In this document: piece by piece, positions 50,854-63,060 of the stretch
Layout of the letters: each line of letters starts with the position of its first letter
Position numbering within the stretch: position 1 is the stretch's first letter
Assembly: GCF_006345805.1 (NCBI RefSeq)
Contig: NC_043006.1
Span: 86,552,001-86,616,000 of the forward strand
Direction: 5' to 3'
Length of the DNA: 64,000 nt
Origin: Octopus sinensis
Lineage: Eukaryota
Notes under the pieces: model-generated
What the model was told of the DNA's origin: nothing
Database searches by the model: none
The model's input: the letters and a program-made list of their open reading frames with translations, nothing else
Translations under genes and position numbers: made by a program

Positions 50854-50961
50854 TATAAGCCACGTAGTTATATACACATACTTTGTTATATACACATTCT
50901 TAAAAGAAAATGTTATTTTGAACACAACATTTACAAAGAATAAAATATTTTTTGGTTTTTC

Positions 50962-51780
50962 TTAACCCTTTCGTTACTATATTTCTGACCAAAATACACC
51001 CCTTATGTGTTTCAATTAATTTCTAACGTAATCATAAATTTAGTCTGATTTCATTAAACAACTATAACTTTTTTATTTATGAATACATTAATCTGATTTT
51101 TGGAAGATAATTTAGTGAAATGTTCTCAACCAATTCTATACTATAATTTTTGTCACAAAGTGACTCTAATTGCAGGTAGATACAGGTAAATTCAACAATA
51201 TATAAAATTATTAAAATTTTGTTCAAACATCGCTATAGAAAATGGGTTATTAGCTAATATTCAATTGGGTATACAACAAAATTTTACGATAGAATTTGTT
51301 ATTCTGGGTAACTTTCTAATACCCATAATAATATTTATGGCAAAATAGGCTTTAATTTCATTTAAGGTTGTGGGAAATAACAAACTATCGTTTCTTTCGC
51401 TTTGTTTAGGTTGAGATCAAATACCACATGCTTTTTTTTTTTCAGTCATAGAGTTAGATTTATGAAGGTCTTCAGTAGAAAATCCTTCGAATTCTGACTC
51501 GCTGCTTGATATAATGAAATTCGTATCCATTTTTTGTCAGAATTACAAATTTTGAAAACACAATAGGAACAAATTTCGGAAAAAACTCTCCCATAATTCA
51601 CGGAATTAAAATTACACTTCGATTTTTGTACAAAACTGTAGTTGAACTGTTTACGAAGTATAATACGTGTTTTCACGAATGTTCTAAAGAGATTTACTCT
51701 GATATTCTCATTTAAATATGAATAGGTAAATTCGGGCGGCTTGGTCACATTAACCAAAATTTTTTTCGGGCGGTTTGGTG
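50962..51780 (-). mobile_element. piggyBac-like non-autonomous element, one end plus a remnant acidic transposase N-terminus
   Basis: TTAA-CCCTTTCGTTAC terminus at 50962. Minus-strand MDTNFIISSSESEFEGFSTEDL from 51530 resembles the acidic EFEGF motif of piggyBac N-termini. The other TIR was not found. Confidence 0.6.
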
Positions 51781-51839
51781 CAATTATATATACATATATC
51801 TATATATAATATTATATAATAAAATATATACAGAGTAAA

Positions 51840-52459
51840 ATAAAAACCAATTTACCTTTTCTGTATTGTTATTCGACCGTCCGTGTGTCTTTGCAAATGT
51901 GTTGGAATGATAAGTGAGTTGTGATTTGGCGCCTTTTTTTACTAATAACAAACACACACGTGTTTGTATGTAGTTGTTTGAAACGTTTGTGTTTGCCACT
52001 CTCATATATGTATGTGTATGCGTGTGTGTGAGGAATGACACACACACACTCACGCACGCACACATGTACATCAATGCTTTTATGAGCGTCATAGAGAGAA
52101 ACAAATATTACATCGCCATCGCCATAGCCATCGCCATAGCCATCGCCATCGCCATCGCATTCTATTTTCTACCTGTCAACACAGTGAATTAGTTTCAGTT
52201 TATTCATTGTACACTGTGTGTGTGCGTTTGCGTGTGCTGTAAACCAGACTAAGAAAAGCATTTGACACACACACCAGAATGTGAGTTTTCTGTAAATTTT
52301 GCTTAATTGGAGTTTAAATTTTAAAAACTGGACCTGGCATGACGCGATGCATTGTACTCTTAAAAATGCAAGGTAAATTGTAATTGAAGAAATCGTATAT
52401 TGTTGATTTGTATAACTCCCAAAGGGAGGCAGATAAAATCTGCCTTTTATAATAAGAGA
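51840..52459 (-). mobile_element. Probable Helitron 5' portion (left boundary uncertain)
   Basis: A|TCTCTTATTATAAAAG start at 52459 parallels the 50853 start; hairpin GGCAGAT-AAA-ATCTGCC at ~52427-52443. Confidence 0.5.
52111..52160. repeat. (CATCGC/CATAGC)n hexamer repeat, about 8 copies
   Basis: Visible directly. Confidence 0.95.
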
Positions 52460-52599
52460 TTAATTAATGTCTGCTCTCCATGTTCACATGGTTTGGATGG
52501 TTTCATAGGATCTGATGTATCAGATGACTACTTAGTGCTCCACTGTCTCATTTTGGGTATGGTTCCTTTTATATCCTAGGCATACGTTGGATATATAAT

Positions 52600-55500
52600 T
52601 TAACGATGTGGAAGTAAAATCAATGTGTTCACACAACATACTTCACGAGACTCCAAAATGCCTTCCCAATGACTCCTACTAATCACTGTCTCAACCAATA
52701 TGCTACTCTTTATAAGAGTTCTGCTAGTCCATTCTTCCAATCTCCCAGGGGTGTCAATGACTCTCGCCACAACAACTCCCCCTTTGAGATTGACTTACGC
52801 TGGAAGTTAATATTATTATTTTTATTTATTTTCTTTCATTGCATTTCCCTTTTTGAGATTTTCCTCCTAAGGAAGTTTAATATTTCTTCCATTTAGGCAC
52901 TACTTCTAGCCATTCTGTTTGTTTCCTATTTCTCATGTTGTTCGAACCATGAATAGATAGCAAGCCTTTTATTGTAGTAGTTGGGGTGTCAAGTGCATTG
53001 ACAACAGTGAAATAACATCTATTTCATAGGACACTTCCAAGAGTATCTCTTTTTTTTTCTGTATATCTATTTTTTAGCTGGTTTAAATGTCTTTTGTGTT
53101 CCCATTTTTTGCCTCTTATCATACATGTCATTTTTCTTATTCTCTTTGTCACTACTCCATCTTCCCCACTTTATCTTCCATTTTTATATATTTTGAAAAA
53201 CACCTTGTCACCAATATTAAAATGCTTTATCGTATATTTAATGTTTTCCCTGTTTGTTTTTCTTACTGGTAACAGTTTGTTGAAAATTGACTTTATTTTG
53301 TGAGCAAACATTAGTTCAGCAGGTGACTTACCTGAAAAAGCATTTGGGTTTGGAGTTATTCTGTAAATCCTCAAGAATTGTGTCAATGCTGTATCATCAA
53401 CTAGCTCATTTCCTGATTTCTTTAATGCTCCTTTAAATGCATCCATGAACCTTTCCACTTGCCTGTTTCATCCTGGGTGATACAGAGGAGTAGTTATATG
53501 TTCAATGGAATACATCTTGCAAAAATTCTTAAATTCATGTGAATTGTGTACTGTTGTCAGAAACTATGGTATCCGGAACACCATACCTAGCAAAAAGTTC
53601 ATGTAGAAATTCCCCTGTTTCCCTGGATGTCAGTTTTCTACATTAACACATTTCTGGCCATTTTGAAAAGCTATCTACCACGCTTAGATAATACGATCAG
53701 TTTAACAGTCCTGCGAAGTCTATGTGTAGTCTGGACCATGGAATATCGGTCTTGGGCCATGGTTGAAATTTTATGGGTGGTGATTTCACTGCAAGAGCAC
53801 AACCACTGCAGGATTTTACCAACTTCTCAGTATCTAGATCCATTTTTGGCCAGAAAACATAACTCCTCATAAGTGACTTCATCCTAGAAATTCTTGGATG
53901 TCCAGTTTTGAATTCCTTTAACATTCGACCTTGTAGTGAGGTAGGCATTACAACCCTCTGTGCATACATAAGCACATTATCACATATCGAATACAAATTT
54001 GAAACTGTGTTACATCCAGCTACATGTAATTTTTTATTTGTTTCTTCTGATCACAATATTTTTTCATTTTTATAATAAACTCGTCCATCTCTGCATTAAT
54101 TTTTATTTCCTCCAATGTCACAAGCAATTCATGCACAACATTGCACAATATATTTTTTATTTCATTTTCGGCTTTTAATGCCACTATCACTGTGTCTTCT
54201 AGCAGTTCATTGTATTTTGGTAGAAACCTTGACAAACCATCTGCTTGTCCCAATTTGTTTGATGACAAATACTCCATTTTGAAGTCATGATTCAGTAGGA
54301 TCATTCCCCAGCACTGCAATTAGTTGGCTGTATGTGTGGGGATACCCTTTTTTTATCCATAGTTCATCAATAATGGGCAGTGGTCTGTCTGCAGATGGTC
54401 TGTCTTCCATGTATAAATTTATGGAAATTTTTTTTTACCACAAATATGATGGCTAATGCCTCTTTTTCTATTTGACTGCAATAATGAATGCAAAGCATGA
54501 GCTACTGCTTTCAGGCTACCATCTTCATATTTGTGTAAAATCCCAGCTCCAATACCACTTTCACTAGCATCTGCTGCCACTACTATTTCTAAACTCGGGT
54601 CAAAATGTGATAATGACAATTCCAAGATTAAGACCTTTTTTAATGTCTTCAAAAGCTTTCTGGCATTTGTCCTACCAGTTCCATGTAACGTCTTTTTTTA
54701 ACAAATTATTCAGGGGTGCTCTTAAATCATGCATATTCGGCATGTATATCTGGTGGTAATTTACGAGCCCCCAAAATGCTTGTAAAGTTGTAATGTTTGT
54801 TGGGGGAGGCATATTTTTTATTGCACTCACCCTAGACGGGTCTGGTCTGCATCCATTTTCATCAAGAATCTGCCCTTGGCATAAAAAATTCACACTTTTC
54901 CTCGCTGAGCTTAAACCCATAATCTTTTATTCTTTTAAAGACCTTTTTAACATGCTCAGCATGCTGACCTCGAGATTCACTTTTTATGAGTATGTCATCA
55001 AGGTAAGCTACAGTGAAATCTGAACCTGCGAACATAATGTCCATAACTTGCTGGAAAATACCAGGTGCTATCTTTATACCTAAGAGGAGTCGATTAAATT
55101 TATACAACCCTTTATGGGTATTTATTGTCAATAATTTTGAACATTCCTCATCGACTTTCACCTGCAAATATGCTTCAGATAGGTCCAACTTTGAAAAAAA
55201 TTTTCCTCCATGCAACTTTGTGAAAATTTCCTCCAGAATCAGAAACAGGTTATTATATGGCATCAAACATTCGTTTAATCCCATTGAAAAATCAACTCAT
55301 ACTTGGATTTTATTATTTTTTTCCTTGAGATAATCTGTTGGAGATGCCCATTTTGTGTAATCAATTTTTTCAATAACGCCAAGCTCTTCAAGTCTATCCA
55401 ACTCTTCGTTGACTTGTTTCAATGCTGTGAAAGGTACCATTTGATTTGGATTAAAAACTCATATAGCATTTTCTTTCACTTGAAACTTCACCTCTGTTTT

Positions 55501-57361
55501 GGTGCAAAGACCCAATTCATCAAAAGAAACTTCATGAAAAATTTAAAAAAATTCTTTTTTTAAATCCTCTGACACCTTATTTGTACTGGTGAAAGAACCA
55601 TTCACATTTTTACAAAAAATATTTATGGGGAGGTCCCATAAGTTAAATAGGTCCATCCAGACTGTTCCAAAAAAATCGTTGTATTTGAAGGTTTTTCCAT
55701 GAAATGTGACATTACTTATAATTTCACACATAAAATGCAATTTTTTTCCTGAAACACCTTGTGCAATTTTTGAAGTTACCTTTAATCTTGGTTTCCCTAT
55801 TTTCTCCATGTATGTGTATTAATTATCATGATATCACTGCCCATATCCAATTGTAACTTGATATTCACATTATTCATTTTTATGAACACAAATTTTATTT
55901 TCTGAGCCTCGCTTAGAATTTTTTTTAACAATACATTCTTCCTAGAATTTTTTTTGTTTGAACCTTTTTTTCTGTTTCGCTATACAATACGAGCTTTTAG
56001 GTCTGATTTTTCCACATTCAAAACATTTATGATTTTTAAAACGACAATTACTTCTAAAATGTGAACCTCAGCACCTATAGCATGGATTTGTTCTTGATGT
56101 TAATTTTTCCTTTTTCTTATCTGTTTCAGGTTGATACGCATGTATATGAGAGCAATCTTTTTCAATTTTATCTGTGTCATGTCTTAAATTTATAATCCTC
56201 TGGCATTCTTCAGCTACTGCCTGTAGAGTTAATTTTTGTTCCTGTTCTAATTTTGTTAATATATGGGAACGTATATCAGTATCTTTTCTTTCAGTTAACC
56301 CTTGAACAAAAATTAGACAAAAATCTGGGGTTAATTTATTTAAATTGAATTTTTCACACTCTCTGTTAACAACCTCAGCATAGGTGACGAAATCTCCATC
56401 ATCTTTTTTAACTAAATTTAAACACTGCCAACAAGTATTAAATAGGGAAATTCTTTCACTGAAAATTCTCGATAATAAATTAATTGATTCATCAAAACAA
56501 ATCTCACCTTGTTTATTGGCAGAATATAATTACGGTATTTTTTGTGTTCAGCTGGGGATAACTTTCTTAAAAGTAGTCACACCTTCTTCTTATTATTCCA
56601 CATATTACATTCTTCTTTGAAGATTTCTTCGTATTTTCTAAAATATGCAGAAAAAGTAGTACCTTCTTCTGGGTTATAAAATAAATTCTCCAATTGAGTT
56701 TACTACACCGTCTGATGAGAACGAACCTGAAGTATTTTCAGACTTCTTCAACATTACTTCCAGTAACTGTCGATATTGTTTTTGTTGCTGTTGTAGTTGT
56801 TGTTGTAATTGCTGTTGTTACTGTTGCAACTGCACCATGCAAGCCAATGGGTCTTCCATGTTAATGATTTTTTTCTTTGATTATTTTATATCAAAAACAA
56901 ATTTTAATGTCCAATGCAAGCTTCGAATATCTCATTACCACTTTTATATCCCCAGTAGTATTGTTCATTGCACTCAGCATTCTTGTCTTCCGCTGTGCTA
57001 AGCACTCTTGTTAGCACCCTTGTTTTTCACTCGAACTGATTTTAGTGCGATTTTTTAACCCCAAGAAGACATCTCTTCTTGCTGATTAACACTGCACAGC
57101 TGCATCCAGTATATTGTGAGCAGGGGAATCAAACCCCTACCACATTCTAGTGATGGGACCAATACACAGTAATTCAAACAATTACCATTACAGCAACTTA
57201 CAGGTTTGGTGCATGTTCAGCGTGGAAGTAATACATCGACTCAACGGATCTCTTAACGACTCTTATCAAACCTTGTCTCAACCAATACATTACTCCTCAT
57301 AAGAGTCCAGCTAGTCCATTTTTACAATCCCCCAAGGGTGTCAATGACTCTCACCACAACA
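52600..57361 (-). mobile_element. Decayed Ty3/Gypsy (Mag-like) LTR retrotransposon: gag-PR-RT-RNaseH-IN, with 5' LTR and partial 3' LTR
   Basis: Gag from ~56859, protease QLDMGSD, RT FSKLDLSEAYLQ...YLDDILI, RNase H AADASESGIG, integrase GHPRISRMK...WSRLHIDFAG...ERFMDAFK. Both LTRs start TGTTGTGG on the minus strand (57361 and 52774). PPT AAAGGGGGAG at ~52776-52785 and PBS-like TGGTAATGAG at 56931-56940. Confidence 0.92.
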
Positions 57362-57664
57362 GTTCCTGTAGTTGGATACACTTCCTAATATTATCCACTT
57401 TACAGAATTTATTGGGCTTTGTGTTTTGTGATACCAGTTATAGTGAGGTCATCTTTTAACTGGTAAGACTAAGGAATTATTATACTGAGTGAAAAATGAG
57501 AGAGAGGATGATGATTGTAAGCAAGATGAGGAAAGGATTAAGTATGATGAAGGAACAGATTTATTGCTATAAGGGTGAGTGAGTGGAGGAGAGAGACAGA
57601 ATGGGTAAAAGAGAGATAGGGTGGCATGTGAGTATATGTGTGCATGCATATATGTGAATATGTA

Positions 57665-57847
57665 TCATCATCATCATCATTTAACATCCATTTTCCATGC
57701 TAGCATTGACTGGGTGGTTTGATAGGAGCTTGCAAACCTGAGGACTGCACCAACCTCTACTGACTGCATTAGCATAGTTTTACAGCTTGATACCTTCTTA
57801 ATGCTAAACACCTTATAAAGAGTACTGGATGCTTTTTATGTGGTATT
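57665..57847 (-). mobile_element. Degenerate RTE tail fragment
   Basis: (CAT)n-ttaacatccattttccatgctagc... Confidence 0.75.
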
Positions 57848-58056
57848 AGCTGGCAGAAACGTTAGCACATCAGACGAAATGCTTAGCGGTATTTCGGCTG
57901 CCGTTACGTTCTGAGTTCAAATTCCGCCGAGGTCGACTTTGCCTTCGATAAATTAAGTACCAGTTATGCACTGGGGTCGATGTATGCGACTTAATACCTA
58001 TGTCTATCCTTGTTTGTCCCCTCTGTGTTTAGCCCCTTGTGGGTAATAAAGAAATA
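57848..58056 (+). mobile_element. Young tRNA-SINE family B copy with a short internal deletion
   Basis: Matches the 49660 copy but lacks tcatcctttcgggg before cgataaattaagtacc. Confidence 0.9.
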
Positions 58057-58559
58057 GGTATTAGCACCAGCAAATTCACCAACTTGCAAGACAAGATCCC
58101 TCAAATGGGGTGAGTGTAGTATTGAGTGGGGTGACTTTGTGCTTGGTAATGAGAGGTTAGACAGGTGTCTTGCAGCAGAGGAGATACATGGTTATCCTAA
58201 TTAGAAGAAGCAAGAAGATGATGAGTAATGCATACTGAATTGATATTAGTGAGAATATTCATAAACTGGTATTTTTGATAAATGTTCCATGTGATATTTG
58301 TTCCACCCTAATGTGTTACTCTTATCATCATAAAATACTCATAGATCAATAATTAATGTAAGAAGCATGCAATGAATGCTACTGCATTTCAAAAACATGT
58401 ATGATAGAAAACGAATTAATAAGATAGCTACTAAGTGACTTTAGCTTCAGTTTAAACTTACCAAAACATTTAATCTTGATAATGTAAAAACCATCAATAG
58501 CTTATTACCTGGTAAGTTTTACTCAGGTACATACAACACACACACACACACACACACAT

Positions 58560-58724
58560 CATTTAATGTTCTCAGTATTTAAAATAAGAGCTATAAATAG
58601 TTTCTTGCCATAGAGACACTGAGATTAGGCAGGTTTATATGAAGTTCCTAATCTATCTAATTTCAGTGTTTCTGTGGCAAGAAACTAATAGTAGCTCTTA
58701 TTTAAATACTGTGTACATTAAATG
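58560..58724. repeat. 165-bp foldback (palindromic MITE-like)
   Basis: Left arm catttaatgttctcagtatttaaaataagagcta...cactgagattag is ~85% complementary to the right arm; ~28-nt loop. Confidence 0.88.
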
Positions 58725-58789
58725 AAATTTATCTCTCACTGGATGGTTTACTTTTTTTGTGGATACTACCTTAACAGAATAGTAAATTA

Positions 58790-59090
58790 TATGATCGTTA
58801 CCAGCGTCGCCTTACCGGCACTTGTGCTGGTGTGCAGGTGACATATGGAAAAAAACATGATTTTCCGTGACCATTGCCAGTACCGCCTGACTGGCCCTCG
58901 TGCCGGTGGCACGTAAAAGCACCCATTACACTCTTGGAGTGGTTGGCATTAGGAAGGGCATCCAGCTGTAGAAACTCTGCCAAATCAAGATTGGAGCCTG
59001 GTGCAGCCATCTGGTTTGCCAGTCCTCAGTCAAATCGTCCAACCCATGCTGGCATGGAAAGCAGATGTTAAACAATGATGATGATGATGT
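58790..59090 (+). mobile_element. RTE 3'-UTR/tail fragment
   Basis: ...cgtgccggtggcacgtaaaagcacc...ccaacccatgctggcatggaaagcagatgttaaac(ATG)n. Confidence 0.88.
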
Positions 59091-59207
59091 ATGTATGTTA
59101 TATATAATAATAATAGTAGGGAATATAATTCCAAACTTACAGGGAAAAATTCAATTTAGCAATTCCAAATCAAATTTCATAATATATAATATATATACAT
59201 ATATATA

Positions 59208-59367
59208 TAATTAAGAGAAATAACCTTTATTAAGTAACTCAATAGTGAAAAACTTTATCTATATCATTTAGAAAAATTTAAATATACAAGAATAAATATT
59301 TTCCTATATGATATAGATAAAGTCTTTCACTATTGAATTATTTAATAGAGGTTATTTTTCTTAATTA
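59208..59367. repeat. 160-bp foldback with 60-bp arms
   Basis: 59208-59267 vs the reverse complement of 59308-59367: about 5 mismatches in 60. It adjoins a gggaatataattccaaacttacagggaaaaattcaattt block also seen at ~9452. Confidence 0.85.
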
Positions 59368-59442
59368 CATATATATATATGGCATCTGAAACTCAGAGTT
59401 TTATCTTGACTATTGAGTAATTGTAACATATTATTTTATAGA

Positions 59443-59519
<77 letters not shown>

Positions 59520-59537
59520 TATATATATATATGTGCT

Positions 59538-59573
<36 letters not shown>

Positions 59574-61699
59574 CCTGTTTTTCTATTCTATCATTTTCTG
59601 TGTTTGTGAAGTGTAACATTTTCACTAGGTGAACTTATTCATTCTCCAACCAAGCTCTTACATGTACCATGATGATATATGTGTCATTATTTTCGAAAGA
59701 TATGACATCAGTGATTCCACATTCTGGCATACACTCAAAATGCACTTAAACCAAAGCAAAGATACGTTGTATTAGTTTTGCAGTGATTCTACATACAATT
59801 TTTACATCCATCAGTTTTAACATTCTTATAAATCAGTTCTCTTATGTGTCACTCTATCAATCCAAGCATGTAATAATGTTGTGTCAATCATTAGAGTTAA
59901 AGCATTTCTCTATCATCTTCTTTGCTACAGGGTGTCGCTTGTGTTAACTCTACAAACACTAATGAGTTCAATATTGTCACTTCAGCTCTTTTCATGTTGA
60001 ACAAGAAATACTTTCTATATACCAGTAATATATACTGAAAGCATGTTGGTTGTTTAGCCATATGTAAGCTTGATATCAATGTTATTTTTTAAGGGTCTCT
60101 AGGACTACATTATCAAAGGTGTCTTTTCTTTAATAAGAGGGTCAGCTGTGATTTGAGGGAGATTTGCAGCTAGTTTTAGAAAGTGCATGACTACTTAAAG
60201 TTTTTCCCTTATTTTATTGGATGCTGTAGATTTAGTAGACAATACCTGAAATAAAAGATCAGATGGCAATAGTTGGAATACCTCCAATAAAACTTGCTAG
60301 AGTTTAGAACAAAATTGTCTTGTATTTGTTTCAACTCCTTGTGTTCTGAGTTCAAATCCTGTTGAGTTTAAATTTGTCTTTCGTCCATGTGGGATTGATA
60401 AAATAATATACCATTGCGAATTATGGATCAGTGAAGGAATTAAACAAGATGCCTTGTGCTGTTTATTCCAACTCTTTTGTGTCCTGAGTCATTGTGTTGT
60501 TAGTCTAAACCATCATTCAGATTAACATAAATCCTGGATGTTTGGTACTCCAAGTTGAGTCAACCTTGTTGCAAGCATTCAGATCAAGTCTCCAGTTTGT
60601 GGATACCTTACCACTGAACCTGACCAGTCTTAGAGATCCTGAAAAAATTTAGTTTTGGGCATTGTTCTTCATTCTCTGATGAAATGATAGAAGAAAACGA
60701 CCTTGTAGTTCAGACCATTCCATCTTTTATCTAATATCTGCAATATATAATGTAACATTGCCTTTTTTCTTTCAAGATTGCAACATGTGGTTTATGTGAG
60801 ATTAAATTACAATTTCTATCAGGTCCTTTACTAGATAGAAGTTACCCTGAAGGCTAAAGGCAAAGGCACGTGAATTACACTGGAGTTAGACTCCTCTTGA
60901 TATACTTCACATAAGGATTCAAATGCATCACTTTGATTTAAAAATCACTGAGTCTTAGTGCATTCATCAATCACAAACAGAGTTTCTCTGATAAAATCAC
61001 CTTTAAACTTTTATGACACACAAAGTATTCACAGACTCCCCGCATATGACATTCAGAAAGTTTCCACTTTTCGCTTGAAAGAATATCCAGGTGTCACTCT
61101 TTTCATCTAGCCAAGTTTGTCATTTGATGTTATAATTAGATATCTTTGAAACTAAATTCAATTTACGTTTTCATTTGAAAACTTCCCAAACTAACCAGCA
61201 GCAGGGAAATATAGAAATAAAGACAGATTATCAGATGAAGCATAGAAACTGAAATAGCAGACTGATGTAGTGATACTACTGTATGTGAAAACAAAGAGCT
61301 GCTGGTTACAATTATCCCAGAACACACACACATACACACATATTTATGTGCATGCTCATGCACACACACACACACACACACCAGCCCCCTCCAACTTCAA
61401 TACGTATATGCATATATGTTAGAGAAAGAGAGTGTGTGAGAGAGAATATACATAAATTTATATACATATATGCACGTGTATACATGAACACACACACACA
61501 CACACACACACACATCTGAGTGTGACACACAGTGCATCTGTACAGGCAATATCAATTTGATGGAAGGAGTGAGCTAATGTGCAGTATAAACATTTGATCA
61601 CAATAAATAACTCATCTGTGTAGGTTGTTCTGTAAGAAATTGCAAAACAGTCTTTCTCAAACTTGAGCAACTAGTAAAATTAATAGTGTAATGTAATAC

Positions 61700-61815
61700 A
61701 ATATAATATGATATGATATAATATAATATAATATGATATGATATGATATGATATGATATAATATAATATAATATAATATAATATATTATAATATATTATA
61801 ATATAATATGATATA
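61700..61815. repeat. (ATATG/ATATA)n pentamer repeat
   Basis: Visible directly. Confidence 0.9.
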
Positions 61816-61819
61816 AACA

Positions 61820-62155
61820 CATGGGTATATCACTAAGAAGTTCACTTGCCAACTTTGTGGTTTCAGGTTCAAATCCCACTGCACTACACTTCGGGCAAGT
61901 GTCTTCTACAGTAGCCCCATTGTTAACCAGTCTTGCAAGTGAGTTTGAAAGACAAAAACTGAGAGAAGTATCTTTTTTTTCATCTTTTATTTGTTTCAGT
62001 CATTACACTGTGGCCATACTGGGGCACCACTTTGAAGAATTTTAGTCAAACAAATCAAACTGAGTACTTATAATTTCAGCCTGGTATTATTCTAGCAGTC
62101 ACTTTTGCTGAATCACTAAGATATGGGGATGTAAACACACCAACACTGGTTATAT
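61820..62155 (+). mobile_element. Degenerate family A-related SINE
   Basis: ggttcaaatcccactgcact...gggcaagtgtcttctacagtagcc...ggatgtaaacacaccaacactgg. Confidence 0.65.
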
Positions 62156-62554
62156 ATTTATGTCTTTATATATGTGGAGAGTGTGCATGTATGTATTGTA
62201 TATATATGTGTGTGTGTGTATATATATATATATTTACATTGTTGTTCGTTTCTACAAAACCCGCAACCTACAAACAGTAATGTTGCTATTACTCCTGTCA
62301 ATAAATCATTCACCTCCTTAATGCCTCTGAAGCTATGTGGAATAAGACATCTTTTACTTGAAAAAGAGATAGAGGTTAGTGACAAGAAGGTCATCTGGCT
62401 TTAAAACAAAGCATCAATAATATATTTGTCTAACTCATATTAACATTGAAAAATAGATGTAAAACGTACAAGCATACATATACATATATGTAACTCTGTG
62501 TGTATGTGTGTATGTGTATTTATATATATACTGGCACTTATGCCTGTGCTAGTA

Positions 62555-62940
62555 GGGTGCCAAGAACACCATTCGAGTGTGATTGTTGCCAGAGCAGCCA
62601 ACTGGCTTCCGTACCTATGGCACGTAAAAGGGCACCATTCGAGCGTGATCGTTATCAACATCGCTTCATTGGCACCTGTGCCGGTAGCACATGTAAAAAG
62701 ATTCGAGCGAGGTCATTGCCAGTACCGCCTGACTGGCCCTGTGGAGGTGGCACGTAAAAAGCACCCATTACACTCTCAGAGTGGTTGGCATTAGGAAGGG
62801 CATCCAGCTGTAGAAACTCTGCCAGATCAAGCCTGGAGCCTGGTGCAGCCATCTGGTTGCTAGCCCTCAGTCAAAATCGTCCAACCCATGCTAGCATGGA
62901 AAGCGGACGTTAAATGATGATGATGATGATGATGATGATA
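62555..62940 (+). mobile_element. RTE 3'-UTR/tail fragment with three repeat units
   Basis: Ends ccaacccatgctagcatggaaagcggacgttaaat(GAT)n. Confidence 0.9.
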
Positions 62941-63060
62941 TACAGAGGTTGGACAAAATAATGGAAACACCTAGCATCATAACTTTGAAATGTCTAGAAA
63001 ACCATCAAAAGTTTGCTAATTTTTATGTTTTTTTATTTATTATTAGTGTTGCTTAATCTG
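62941..63060. mobile_element. Tc1-like terminal fragment
   Basis: TA-CAGAGGTTGGACAAAATAATGGAAACACC resembles a Tc1-family TIR; no partner TIR found. Confidence 0.55.

Noticed and set aside
60612-60638. 27-nt minus-strand exon candidate with good splice sites
   Set aside because: The frame needed to join the phase-0 56-nt exon contains a stop (GAT CTC TAA), and it lacks the YRVNY motif expected upstream. The true upstream exon is probably beyond the window.
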